From Candidatus Amesbacteria bacterium GW2011_GWB1_47_19 (GTDB lineage Bacteria; Patescibacteriota; Microgenomatia; CAZETR01; Amesbacteraceae), in NCBI GenBank assembly GCA_001002325.1, contig LCNZ01000005.1, positions 18,274-82,273 of the forward strand: DNA of 64,000 nucleotides, read 5' to 3'. A model generated the notes under the pieces. The model searched no databases. It saw only the letters and a list, made by a program, of their open reading frames with translations, and was not told where the DNA came from. Made by a program: the position numbers and the translations under genes. Shown in pieces: positions 34,798 through 43,396 of the stretch (positions within the stretch are counted from its first letter, which is position 1; every line of letters starts with the position of its first letter).

Positions 34798-36498
34798 CTA
34801 CTTCCAAGCTTTTTGGAGATAGTCGCGGACGCAGCGGTGGGTATTGAAGTAAGACCCTAAAGAGATGGACTGCTTCATTTTGGCAATCCAGTCCTGACGG
34901 TGGTCATAGTACATGGGAATTATTTCGTGCTCCAATTTGCTATAGAGATCTTCGGCATCAGCGGCATCAGAGTCTGTCGGGTCAAGAGATCCTTCATCGG
35001 CACCAATGGACCAGCCGGAAGAAGGATTTTGACGCTTGGCCTCTATCCACCAGCCATCCAAAACGGAAAAATTTATGGTACCATTAAGCGCGGCTTTCAT
35101 ACCGGAAGTGCCGGAAGCTTCCAGGGGGCGGCGGGGGGTGTTGAGCCAGACGCTGGAGCCGGAAATGAGAATGCGGGCGATTTTAGGGGAGTAGTTTTCC
35201 AGATACGCAATCTTGATGACATCCCTGAAATTTTTTGAATGGTTGACGATTTCCCGGACTATCCCCTGGGAGATATCGTCATCGGCATGCGATTTGCCGC
35301 ACTGGATGATCTGCAGTTTACCGGAACCGATACGTACAAAACGTTCCAGATCACGGTACAAAAGGAGAGGGCGTTTGTAGGCAACCGGCCGACGGGCCAG
35401 GGAGACAGTCAGGGTGTCGGTGTCGAACAACTCACTTTTTAGGGGATGTTCTTTTTCGTTAAGAGAGGAGATGGAGGTGAGATGGCGATTGACGATGCGC
35501 ACCAGCTTGGTTTTAGCGTCAATGTGATGGTTCCAGAGATCGGCATCCGGTATTTTTTGGGGAGCCTGACTTAGAAGACCGGGGTCTTCCAGCCAACCGG
35601 GGAGATATTTGTCGAACAGATTTTGCATCGTGGGGGCGGTCCAATTGCGGTGATATACCCCATTGGTAACGAAATCGAATTTAAATCCAGGGAAAAGATG
35701 TTCGGATACCAGGCGATGCTTTTCGGAAACGGCAAAAGCCTTGCGTGAGAGGTTTAAAGCCAGGTGAGACATGGAGAGGCAGTCCTGCCCGGCAATTTTT
35801 TTGATGTGCCAGGGAAGATGGGGACCAGCGAAACGGTAAGCCAAACCGTAGTCGAATTTGTCGTGGCCCTCCGGGACGGGAGTGTGGGTGGTAAAAACAC
35901 AAAGTTTCCTGACCGCTTCGTCCTGCCAGTTATTTTCGGCCAGAAGTCCCAGGGTGAGAAATGAACTATGACCTTCATTGAGGTGAAATGTATTGACTTT
36001 GTCGTAACCCAGCGCCCGAAGCATTTTTAAGCCACCTAAACCTAGAACCAGTTCCTGACAAATCCGGGTTTCCGGTTTGGAGCTGTAGAGATTGACAGTA
36101 ATTTCCTTGGCCCAATCGGGGTTGCCCAGAAAATTGGTGTCCAGCATAAAAATCGGCACGATGAAACCGGAAGCACCGATAATGTCATAACGCCAACAGC
36201 CGATTTCAATTCGGGTGCTATCGAGTTCCAGGCTGACCCGAGTCGGCAATTTGACCAACTGATCCAGTTTCTGCCAATCGGAACGGTAGAACGATTGAGA
36301 ACCATCCAGGTTAATGATCTGGCTGAAAGTGTCTCCGGAATAGACCAGGGTAATTCCTACGGCGGGAATTTTGAGATCGGCACAGGAACGAAGCAGATCA
36401 CCGGCCAAGACCCCTAATCCGCCGGCGTAGGTAGGGATATCCGATTCCAACATCATTTCCAGGGAGAAATACGCAACTTTGAGGGCAGGCAAAGCCAT
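34798..36498 (-). CDS. glgP: Alpha-glucan phosphorylase
   Basis: YAGGLGVLAGD, HLNEGH, FTTHTP, EASGTSGMKAALNG. Confidence 0.95.
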   Translation of the reverse strand: MALPALKVAYFSLEMMLESDIPTYAGGLGVLAGDLLRSCADLKIPAVGITLVYSGDTFSQIINLDGSQSFYRSDWQKLDQLVKLPTRVSLELDSTRIEIGCWRYDIIGASGFIVPIFMLDTNFLGNPDWAKEITVNLYSSKPETRICQELVLGLGGLKMLRALGYDKVNTFHLNEGHSSFLTLGLLAENNWQDEAVRKLCVFTTHTPVPEGHDKFDYGLAYRFAGPHLPWHIKKIAGQDCLSMSHLALNLSRKAFAVSEKHRLVSEHLFPGFKFDFVTNGVYHRNWTAPTMQNLFDKYLPGWLEDPGLLSQAPQKIPDADLWNHHIDAKTKLVRIVNRHLTSISSLNEKEHPLKSELFDTDTLTVSLARRPVAYKRPLLLYRDLERFVRIGSGKLQIIQCGKSHADDDISQGIVREIVNHSKNFRDVIKIAYLENYSPKIARILISGSSVWLNTPRRPLEASGTSGMKAALNGTINFSVLDGWWIEAKRQNPSSGWSIGADEGSLDPTDSDAADAEDLYSKLEHEIIPMYYDHRQDWIAKMKQSISLGSYFNTHRCVRDYLQKAWK

Positions 36499-36521
36499 AA
36501 ATTAATTGTATACTAAAGTCA

Positions 36522-36758
36522 ATGAAATTTTACGAACATTATAAAAGATCGCTGGTAAAGACGGTCACTTACAGGATACTGATTATCATCTCGACTTTGT
36601 TTGTGGTTTATGCGGTAACTCAAAAGACGTGGCCGACCTTGGAAATTACCGGAATTGCTAGTATATCCAGTACCCTGATATATTTTTTACATGAAAGAGT
36701 GTGGAGTGCAGTAAGGTGGGGGAAACAGAACCATGTCAAGGAAGGCCGCAGCCGGTAG
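36522..36758 (+). CDS. DUF2061 membrane protein
   Basis: RSLVKTVTYR...YFLHERVW..VRWG. Confidence 0.85.
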   Translation: MKFYEHYKRSLVKTVTYRILIIISTLFVVYAVTQKTWPTLEITGIASISSTLIYFLHERVWSAVRWGKQNHVKEGRSR

Positions 36759-37101
36759 CTTCGGAAAGTTTTTTTATCCCCTGCTCCCCCACCAGTTTAG
36801 TGCCGTCATCTAAAATCCAGGTGGGATAACTTTCCACCCCTTTGTCCAGACATTTTTGCGGATCAGCCGGACATTCGAAGTAGGAAACATATTTGAAGGA
36901 ATCACCGAAAGCTTTTTTCTCCCGTTGGCAATGGGAACACCAGGCGGCACCGTACATAACGACATTTTTTGAAGTGAGGCATTTAGCAAAATCATCCAGG
37001 CCGGTGATAACCGGGGCAGTTGACCGGGTAGCAAGGACGATGCCTCCGCCCAGTAGAAGCAAGGAGGCGATTATGAATACAATTATTACCGATTTATTCA
37101 T
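36736..37101 (-). CDS. Membrane-anchored thioredoxin-fold protein
   Basis: MYGAAWCSHC, YPTW. Confidence 0.88.
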   Translation of the reverse strand: MNKSVIIVFIIASLLLLGGGIVLATRSTAPVITGLDDFAKCLTSKNVVMYGAAWCSHCQREKKAFGDSFKYVSYFECPADPQKCLDKGVESYPTWILDDGTKLVGEQGIKKLSEATGCGLP

Positions 37102-37598
37102 TCTTTACAGCAGTCGACCAACTTGTTAACGATTTCCTCATAAGACCAGGCGGAAGACTGAGGAATGGGTTTTTTTTGAACATTATTAAGATCTATCAAT
37201 TTAAGCCGGACTGCCCAGAAAAGGGAGAAGACTTTGTAGGCTTCATGAAACATTTCCTCAGACTCCTTTTTCCGGCCGTCGGTCTGGAGCTTTGTGGCTA
37301 CTTCCATAATGCGCATTGTGGAAGCCAGGAGATGCTTGGAGATACACCACGTCTCTCCTTGGTGTTTGTCAATCATTCGGGCCAGAAGAGATTTCCTGAT
37401 TTCACGGGTTTGGGCCAGTAGTTCGAGGTATGAATTATCATGGGTTTTCTGGGAAGTGAAGAAGAAATGCTCTTCAAGGCTGATCAGGTTCATGACTGCT
37501 AAACTTAAATCCTCTTCAAGAGACAGGTCAAAATCCTTACCGGCTTTGAGCAGGTTTACTTTGTCAATAAGTTTTTGGAAATCGGAATCGGCGGACAT
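37098..37598 (-). CDS. Hypothetical protein with C-terminal DCCKE
   Basis: EDLSLAVMNLISLEEH, WCISKHLL. Confidence 0.75.
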   Translation of the reverse strand: MSADSDFQKLIDKVNLLKAGKDFDLSLEEDLSLAVMNLISLEEHFFFTSQKTHDNSYLELLAQTREIRKSLLARMIDKHQGETWCISKHLLASTMRIMEVATKLQTDGRKKESEEMFHEAYKVFSLFWAVRLKLIDLNNVQKKPIPQSSAWSYEEIVNKLVDCCKE

Positions 37599-37610
37599 GG
37601 TTTTTGTATA

Positions 37611-38279
37611 TTAAAGCAAAAAAATAATTAATGCCAGAATGATCATGGCCAGTGAGCTGAAAATATCCAGGCTACGGCTGCGGCTTTTGCGCCAGTTTTG
37701 GAACCTGGTCATGACCGGCTGACTGCCGGAAATAAGCAATATCAGGACCAAAGGTGAAATAAAAATGAGGTTGTAATAAATGAGATATAAGGCGCCTGTT
37801 ACAAACGTAGCGGAATCGTGGAGCAGAGTGAGAACGAACAAATATGGCCCTCCGGTGCAGGGGAACTCAAACAGACCGACCAAAACTCCCATAAAAAAAA
37901 CGGCAGGAATAGTTCCCCGCTGAAGAAGCCCAGCCAGACCCGGCTTGGCCGATTGAGGAATCTGCAGTTTGACGGGAAAGTCGGGAATTAACCGGTCCAG
38001 AAGACCCAGAACTCCGGTGCATATCAGGATTAGCGCGCCGAATTTGGTGATTGCCCGGGGAATGCCGAAAAATGACAATGCCTGCAATACCCCCAAACCG
38101 ATGAGGATATATGTGATAAATATACCCAGAATATAGGATCCGGCAATAACTAATACTTCACGGTGGGACTTTTCCAGGCTGATGAGAAAACCCAGGGTTA
38201 AAAGAAGAACGGAGATGGCGCAAGGGTTGATACTATCCAGGAGAGCTCCAGCGGTAATAACGGGCAACTGGTTAAGCAT
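37611..38279 (-). CDS. CcdA/DsbD-like TM disulfide reductase
   Basis: DSINPCA and EFPCTGGPY; 6 TMs. Confidence 0.88.
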   Translation of the reverse strand: MLNQLPVITAGALLDSINPCAISVLLLTLGFLISLEKSHREVLVIAGSYILGIFITYILIGLGVLQALSFFGIPRAITKFGALILICTGVLGLLDRLIPDFPVKLQIPQSAKPGLAGLLQRGTIPAVFFMGVLVGLFEFPCTGGPYLFVLTLLHDSATFVTGALYLIYYNLIFISPLVLILLISGSQPVMTRFQNWRKSRSRSLDIFSSLAMIILALIIFLL

Positions 38280-38308
38280 CGGAAAATTATATCATCCTCC
38301 CCGGCGAA

Positions 38309-39676
38309 TTATTTACGGGAGATGTTAAAAGAGTTTGGATAGAAAAGAAACACGGCAGGGGCTTCTTCAAGGAGAAACTTCTGGAAATCGGAATAAATAC
38401 CGAATCGGACTGCGTAATCCGAAGTTTTCCGGCCATCTTCCAAAAGTTTGTCTATCCGGGGATTTTTGAGGCGGGAGAGATTTGTAGTGTCCTGGGTTGA
38501 ATGCCAGAGATTGTACTGGTCCGGGTCTGAGGGGATGGCTTGAGCAATCAGTATAATCTGGTACTCCGAGGGTAGTTCGGTGGACACAATTATTTTGGTA
38601 TCCACGCCTATGGCAGACCAGTCTTTTTTGATGTCTTCGGCAATTTCCGAATATGCAGGAACCGTAGATAAGATAACTGATTCCGGAATCTTTTCAACCT
38701 TTTTGAGCAATTCTTTAGCCTTGGCGGGATCCAAATCGTATTTTTTTACCTCCGAATTAAAAGCCCAGGATTCGGGTGAAATCGGTCCCAGAGCCCGGTC
38801 CGACCAACGGGATTTGTCTATAGCATATGTCAGAGCCAGACGCAGGTTTTTACCGGAGGGACCGGATAGCTGGGGGTCCTGAGTGTTGAAAAAGATACCG
38901 ATATATCGATCTTTCTGAGTATGAGAATTGATTTCCAGGTTTGACCAGGATGAAAGATCATTAGGTTCTGTAAGGCCGACAATTTCATGAAGAATACCCA
39001 GCTTCAGAGCGAGCCGAGCCTGATCTCCCGAGGAATAGAAATGATAGATCAGCCCAGGCAGAGCGGAGTTACTGGGGACAGGGACGAGAGTTAGAATTGA
39101 GAGCAGACTGCCGTTTTTGCGATAAGATTTTATGCGGTATGTACCCAGGCCGGAAATCTGCGGGCGGTTAAAACGTGTCAAGAGGCCAGATGTTTTTAGC
39201 ACCGGCCGGGATACCACAGAAGGCAAAGGCGAAAACGGATCGGTAAGTTTTATGAGCAGATGATCTGAATCGGGATACTCGATTGAGGCATCGCGAAAGT
39301 TGTAGCGGATGTCTTGGCTCTTGACAGAGGAACCGTCATGCCAGACCAGGGAGCGGTCAATGGTAAAAATATATGTTTTTCCGCTGTCCGTTGCCTGCCA
39401 GGAGGAAGCAATTCCGGGTGAAGCGACACCGGTAGGATCTAAATTGGTGAGTCCGATGCTGACTTTTTGCATCAAAGATAGCGGCAGGTCGTTGAGAGTG
39501 TACCGGCCTATTATTCCGATGCGGCGGACATTCCCGATACGGTTACCCAAAATAAACAACCTCGGAGCGACAATTGCTGAAATAACCGCCAGTGTTAAAC
39601 CCAAAAGTATCGGTAACCAATGCTTGGCAGTCAGGGCGCGAATAAAGCGGAGGTAAAATCTCAGCTTTTTATACAT
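38309..39676 (-). CDS. ABC peptide/nickel substrate-binding protein (family 5)
   Basis: GKTYIFTI...WHDG, LRLALTYAIDK, DPDQYNLWHSTQ. Confidence 0.9.
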   Translation of the reverse strand: MYKKLRFYLRFIRALTAKHWLPILLGLTLAVISAIVAPRLFILGNRIGNVRRIGIIGRYTLNDLPLSLMQKVSIGLTNLDPTGVASPGIASSWQATDSGKTYIFTIDRSLVWHDGSSVKSQDIRYNFRDASIEYPDSDHLLIKLTDPFSPLPSVVSRPVLKTSGLLTRFNRPQISGLGTYRIKSYRKNGSLLSILTLVPVPSNSALPGLIYHFYSSGDQARLALKLGILHEIVGLTEPNDLSSWSNLEINSHTQKDRYIGIFFNTQDPQLSGPSGKNLRLALTYAIDKSRWSDRALGPISPESWAFNSEVKKYDLDPAKAKELLKKVEKIPESVILSTVPAYSEIAEDIKKDWSAIGVDTKIIVSTELPSEYQIILIAQAIPSDPDQYNLWHSTQDTTNLSRLKNPRIDKLLEDGRKTSDYAVRFGIYSDFQKFLLEEAPAVFLFYPNSFNISRK

Positions 39677-39682
39677 GAAGTG

Positions 39683-39895
39683 TCAGATAAACAACTGACT
39701 GACAACCGAGACAATTACAAAAAGAACAGAAAGAACGATGGTGGAACGGAAAACCAGATTTTCCACTCCCCGTTTGGAATGATATGCCTGGCTGCCGAAA
39801 GCCCGGCCCAGTCCGGTACCTTTGGCTTGAATCAGAATCAAGCCCACTACGGCCAGGGAAAGAATTATCTGAAACAGAAGCAGGACATTTTTCAT
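39683..39895 (-). CDS. secG: Preprotein translocase subunit SecG
   Basis: ILIQAKGTGLGRAFG...RGVEN. Confidence 0.92.
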   Translation of the reverse strand: MKNVLLLFQIILSLAVVGLILIQAKGTGLGRAFGSQAYHSKRGVENLVFRSTIVLSVLFVIVSVVSQLFI

Positions 39896-39922
39896 AGACG
39901 CTGATATTATACCCCAAACAGG

Positions 39923-40333
39923 TCAATCCTGGAGAAGCCAATAGAGAAAGTGAAAGGTCAGAGTCAGCACGAGAGTGGCCACGAGAAAGGCAGCAAACGG
40001 GGAAAAGCTAAGGGGAGGAATGATAACATACTGCAGGTTTAGTCCCGGGAATACGAAGGGCTGGATGCGGAGGTTGGGAACCAACCAGGTGACCAGATAC
40101 AAAGTTATAATGTTTGATATCCAGCGAAAAAGACCGAGGGTTACCAAATGGATAGGCAGCAGAAGCAGATTAACGACAGGGCGGACAAAAAGATTGACGG
40201 CGGCTATGGCCAGTGCGGCCAGCAACAGCGTCTGATAGCCTCCGACATACGTAATAACCGGAGATAAAATTTGGGCTGCCAGGAAAATACCGGCGAGGTT
40301 AATGGCAATTGATCTAAGTAAAAGTCTTAACAA
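39923..40333 (-). CDS. 4-TM phage-holin-like (YvlD/DUF360) membrane protein
   Basis: VNLFVRPVVNLLLLPIHLVTLGLF. Confidence 0.85.
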   Translation of the reverse strand: MLRLLLRSIAINLAGIFLAAQILSPVITYVGGYQTLLLAALAIAAVNLFVRPVVNLLLLPIHLVTLGLFRWISNIITLYLVTWLVPNLRIQPFVFPGLNLQYVIIPPLSFSPFAAFLVATLVLTLTFHFLYWLLQD

Positions 40334-40365
40334 TAATTTTATTATTTACTTTTAGGAGAAAATTA

Positions 40366-41673
40366 TCAAATTTCAGACAGGAATTCCCGTTTGCGGTGGA
40401 GATGGTGGAGGCGGCGGGAAAAGCGATGGGCTTCGTCCCGCAGGCGAATTAAAAGCTGTAGACCCGGATGATAACGAGGCAGGTTAATTTCGGTAAAGCC
40501 GACGGGTGAAGGAATAATCAGGGTTTCGATGCGTTTAGCGAGGGCGAGGATAGGGATTAGGTTATAGGGGTTAGGGTCCAGATTTTTCAAAATACTTAAC
40601 TGGGGTTTGCCCCCATCCAGGACTATCAGGTCCGGGGCAGGCCAATCGGTCCGTTTGAGACGACGGTTAAGAATACCCAGAAGAGATGCCACATCATCGG
40701 CTGAATCGGGGGTACGAACAGTAAAATGGCGGTAATCCCGGTGAGAAATACGACCGTCTACAGCTACAGCCATGGCGGCAGTAGCTGACCCGCCTCTCAG
40801 ATGCGATACATCGTACATTTCAATCCGTTTCAAGGATTTGAGATAGGGTAAGCAGGGATTCAGAATTTGAATTAGGGAGGCCAGGGCTTCAGATCGCAGG
40901 TCATGAAGTAAATTGGGGTTTTGCAGATAAAGATCCGGTGAAGACGGAGGGTGCTGTAAATAGTTAAGGGCAGTCAGACGGTCACGCAACAGGGCAGCCG
41001 ATTCATAATTCTGATTTTTAGACGCTGTCGACATGGCTGTCTCCAGTTGCCGGTTAACAGAAATGAAATCACCTTTGAGCAGACGGCGCAAACGGGCTAT
41101 GTTTTTTCGGTAATCGAGAATTTGTGGCGGTGACAGGACATCTCCGGGACAAGGACGACAGAGACCTAAATGGGAGTACAGACAGGGACGTTTGACCGGC
41201 CGGGGTAAGCTGCAGAAAGGCGTAACGGTACGGAACCAGCGCAGGATCCGGGAAGGTAAACGGCGGTTGAGGAAGGGACCGGCAACGGCCAGGCGGGATT
41301 GGTGATTGATCAGGGGGCGGGGAAATTTTTCGCGGGTAAGATGTATATGGTACGGTGTTTTGTCATCTTTGGACACCGAGTTGAATCCGGGTTTGAGTTT
41401 TCGGATTAAACTGGATTCCAGGAGCAAAGCTTCGACTTCGGAAATGACCTCAATATATTCCAGGGAAATGATACGGCTAACAAGAAGCGAAGTTTTAGGA
41501 CCCAGGCGTACAGGAGATTGAAAATAGGATTTAACCCGGTTTTTAAGGTTTTTGGCTTTGCCGACGTAGAGGATTTTGCCTGCGGCGTCTTTGAAGAAAT
41601 AGACTCCAGGTGCGGTAGGCAATGAGCGCCACAAAGATGAGCGAGACGGCCGTAAAGATGATAAACGCGACAT
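40366..41673 (-). CDS. uvrC: Excinuclease ABC subunit C (compact, no C-terminal HhH)
   Basis: PGVYFF, YVGKAKNLKNRV, RIEMYDVSH, PDLIVLDGG, RLRDEAHRF. Confidence 0.92.
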   Translation of the reverse strand: MSRLSSLRPSRSSLWRSLPTAPGVYFFKDAAGKILYVGKAKNLKNRVKSYFQSPVRLGPKTSLLVSRIISLEYIEVISEVEALLLESSLIRKLKPGFNSVSKDDKTPYHIHLTREKFPRPLINHQSRLAVAGPFLNRRLPSRILRWFRTVTPFCSLPRPVKRPCLYSHLGLCRPCPGDVLSPPQILDYRKNIARLRRLLKGDFISVNRQLETAMSTASKNQNYESAALLRDRLTALNYLQHPPSSPDLYLQNPNLLHDLRSEALASLIQILNPCLPYLKSLKRIEMYDVSHLRGGSATAAMAVAVDGRISHRDYRHFTVRTPDSADDVASLLGILNRRLKRTDWPAPDLIVLDGGKPQLSILKNLDPNPYNLIPILALAKRIETLIIPSPVGFTEINLPRYHPGLQLLIRLRDEAHRFSRRLHHLHRKREFLSEI

Positions 41674-43384
41674 ACCAACCCAGGAGCAGCCGGGCAGGGA
41701 TATTATATGTCACACCAGCGCTACCGGCGGAAACTAGAAGAGATTTTGGAGAAATATCAGGAATATATGATGAGAATAATGACAGGGGATAGGTTTGGCT
41801 GGAAAAAGGCGGCATTACACCCAGGTCAGAAGGAGGAACGGGGGAAATATTCAGATTTTCGGGTTTGAGCAACAGCCGGGGATGATTTACTGACTGACCG
41901 GAGGGGTTGGAGATCCTGAGGTCCGAAAAAAATATCGGCAGGGGAAGAATCTGGAAAGGCGGAGTCCAGGAAATTGAAAGGGAGGGAGGTAGATATTCAC
42001 GGAATTTGGACAAAGTAATTTCTACATCCCGGGAACTGGAACCGGTATCGTAGAGACCGGCCGCGACAGGATAGGAAGCGTCGACACCATGAATGGTAAA
42101 TGCGAAGTGATTGAAGTCAAATTTAGAAAAATAATCCAAACCCCCGGTGGTGTTTTCCCAAGTGGGATCAACACTAATCCAAGCCCCAGACTGGCTGTCC
42201 CAGTATTCAGGCCAAGCGTGAAGAATGTCTTGCTGGAGACTGAGGGGACGGAGGCGGCTGTCCGTGGTATATGCGTAACCGTTCAGCTCCCTGGCAGGGA
42301 TACCGGCCGCATGGGCAAGGGTGATGAAAAGATCAGTAAAGTCCTGGCAGCGGCTTTTTGATGGGTCATCGAGGATTGCGGACGATGTACGCCGGGAGGC
42401 TGCGGGCCCGATTTCGGAATAATCGTAATCCAATAGTTTGACTACGTAATCATAAATATCGCGGGGCGTACGATGTTTTTTGACCAGATCTGCAATCCGG
42501 TCATCTGAAACAATCCAGTAATCCGAAGGCTGTGTGTAAACTGACAAATCAGTAGGCGGGTCCGAAACCGCACCGGGTTCAGCCAGCAGATGAACCTGCC
42601 CGGAAGCAGTAACTTTCAGTTCCTGACCGGCGGTCAGTAAATACTGGGCCAACCAGTTACCATCGGCATCAGCCAGGACATTTTGGGGGGCGGGATTTAA
42701 CGAATCGTAAAATACTTTTTGATATGCGGTATCCGGAGGTAAAGCTATCTCGGTAAGAATCGGCTCGGAACGGGTATTGGTAAGCGGGTAAGACAGGCGG
42801 AAATCAAAAACCTGAAAATTGCCAAACGCTGCGGAAATACCTACGGAATCCGCAACTGAGGGGGAGAAGAGATAAACATTGTCAACACTTTCGCGGATTG
42901 ATGACGAAGGCGGAGGGGATATATAAGCCGGATCTCCGAATGATGAAGGAACAATCAGGCGGAAATCATGAGAGATTCGGGGAAGGTTAATTTCCCAAAT
43001 CTGGCCCTTTTTAACTGCGGGCTGGCCTTCGTAACGGATAGTAAAAACGCGGGTCTGGTCTTTACCCACCAGGGGTGTGGGAAATTCGATGGTAATAAGA
43101 TATGTGTCCGATCCCTCGGAAACTGTAGTGGTTTTGAGCGGCCCACCGGTATCGGAGGCGGAAAAGTTTTTTGGCAGCTCGCCGGAAAACTTCAGCTGAT
43201 AAGAAGGAGCGTAAATTTTGGACTGCAGGTTGGTGAGTGTTACCTGCTGGGTAACTGCAGAGATACCGGAGGAGGCGAAACGATAATCCATGGAGACGGT
43301 AGATTCGAAATTCGCTGCATGAGCGGAGGAGAGGGTGAGGGTAAGGAATTGAAAGACAAACAGAGAGAATAATCGATACCGCAT
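41543..43384 (-). CDS. Exported transglutaminase-like protein with C-terminal TM
   Basis: CQDFTDLF, GIPAR, HAWPE, VDPTW catalytic triad. Confidence 0.9.
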   Translation of the reverse strand: MRYRLFSLFVFQFLTLTLSSAHAANFESTVSMDYRFASSGISAVTQQVTLTNLQSKIYAPSYQLKFSGELPKNFSASDTGGPLKTTTVSEGSDTYLITIEFPTPLVGKDQTRVFTIRYEGQPAVKKGQIWEINLPRISHDFRLIVPSSFGDPAYISPPPSSSIRESVDNVYLFSPSVADSVGISAAFGNFQVFDFRLSYPLTNTRSEPILTEIALPPDTAYQKVFYDSLNPAPQNVLADADGNWLAQYLLTAGQELKVTASGQVHLLAEPGAVSDPPTDLSVYTQPSDYWIVSDDRIADLVKKHRTPRDIYDYVVKLLDYDYSEIGPAASRRTSSAILDDPSKSRCQDFTDLFITLAHAAGIPARELNGYAYTTDSRLRPLSLQQDILHAWPEYWDSQSGAWISVDPTWENTTGGLDYFSKFDFNHFAFTIHGVDASYPVAAGLYDTGSSSRDVEITLSKFREYLPPSLSISWTPPFQILPLPIFFSDLRISNPSGQSVNHPRLLLKPENLNISPVPPSDLGVMPPFSSQTYPLSLFSSYIPDISPKSLLVSAGSAGVTYNIPARLLLGWYVAFIIFTAVSLIFVALIAYRTWSLFLQRRRRQNPLRRQSQKP

Positions 43385-43396
43385 ACGGTAATTTTA

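Noticed and set aside
39923-40333. Prophage implied by holin-like gene
   Set aside because: A YvlD-type housekeeping membrane protein between uvrC and secG; no phage structural or integrase genes.
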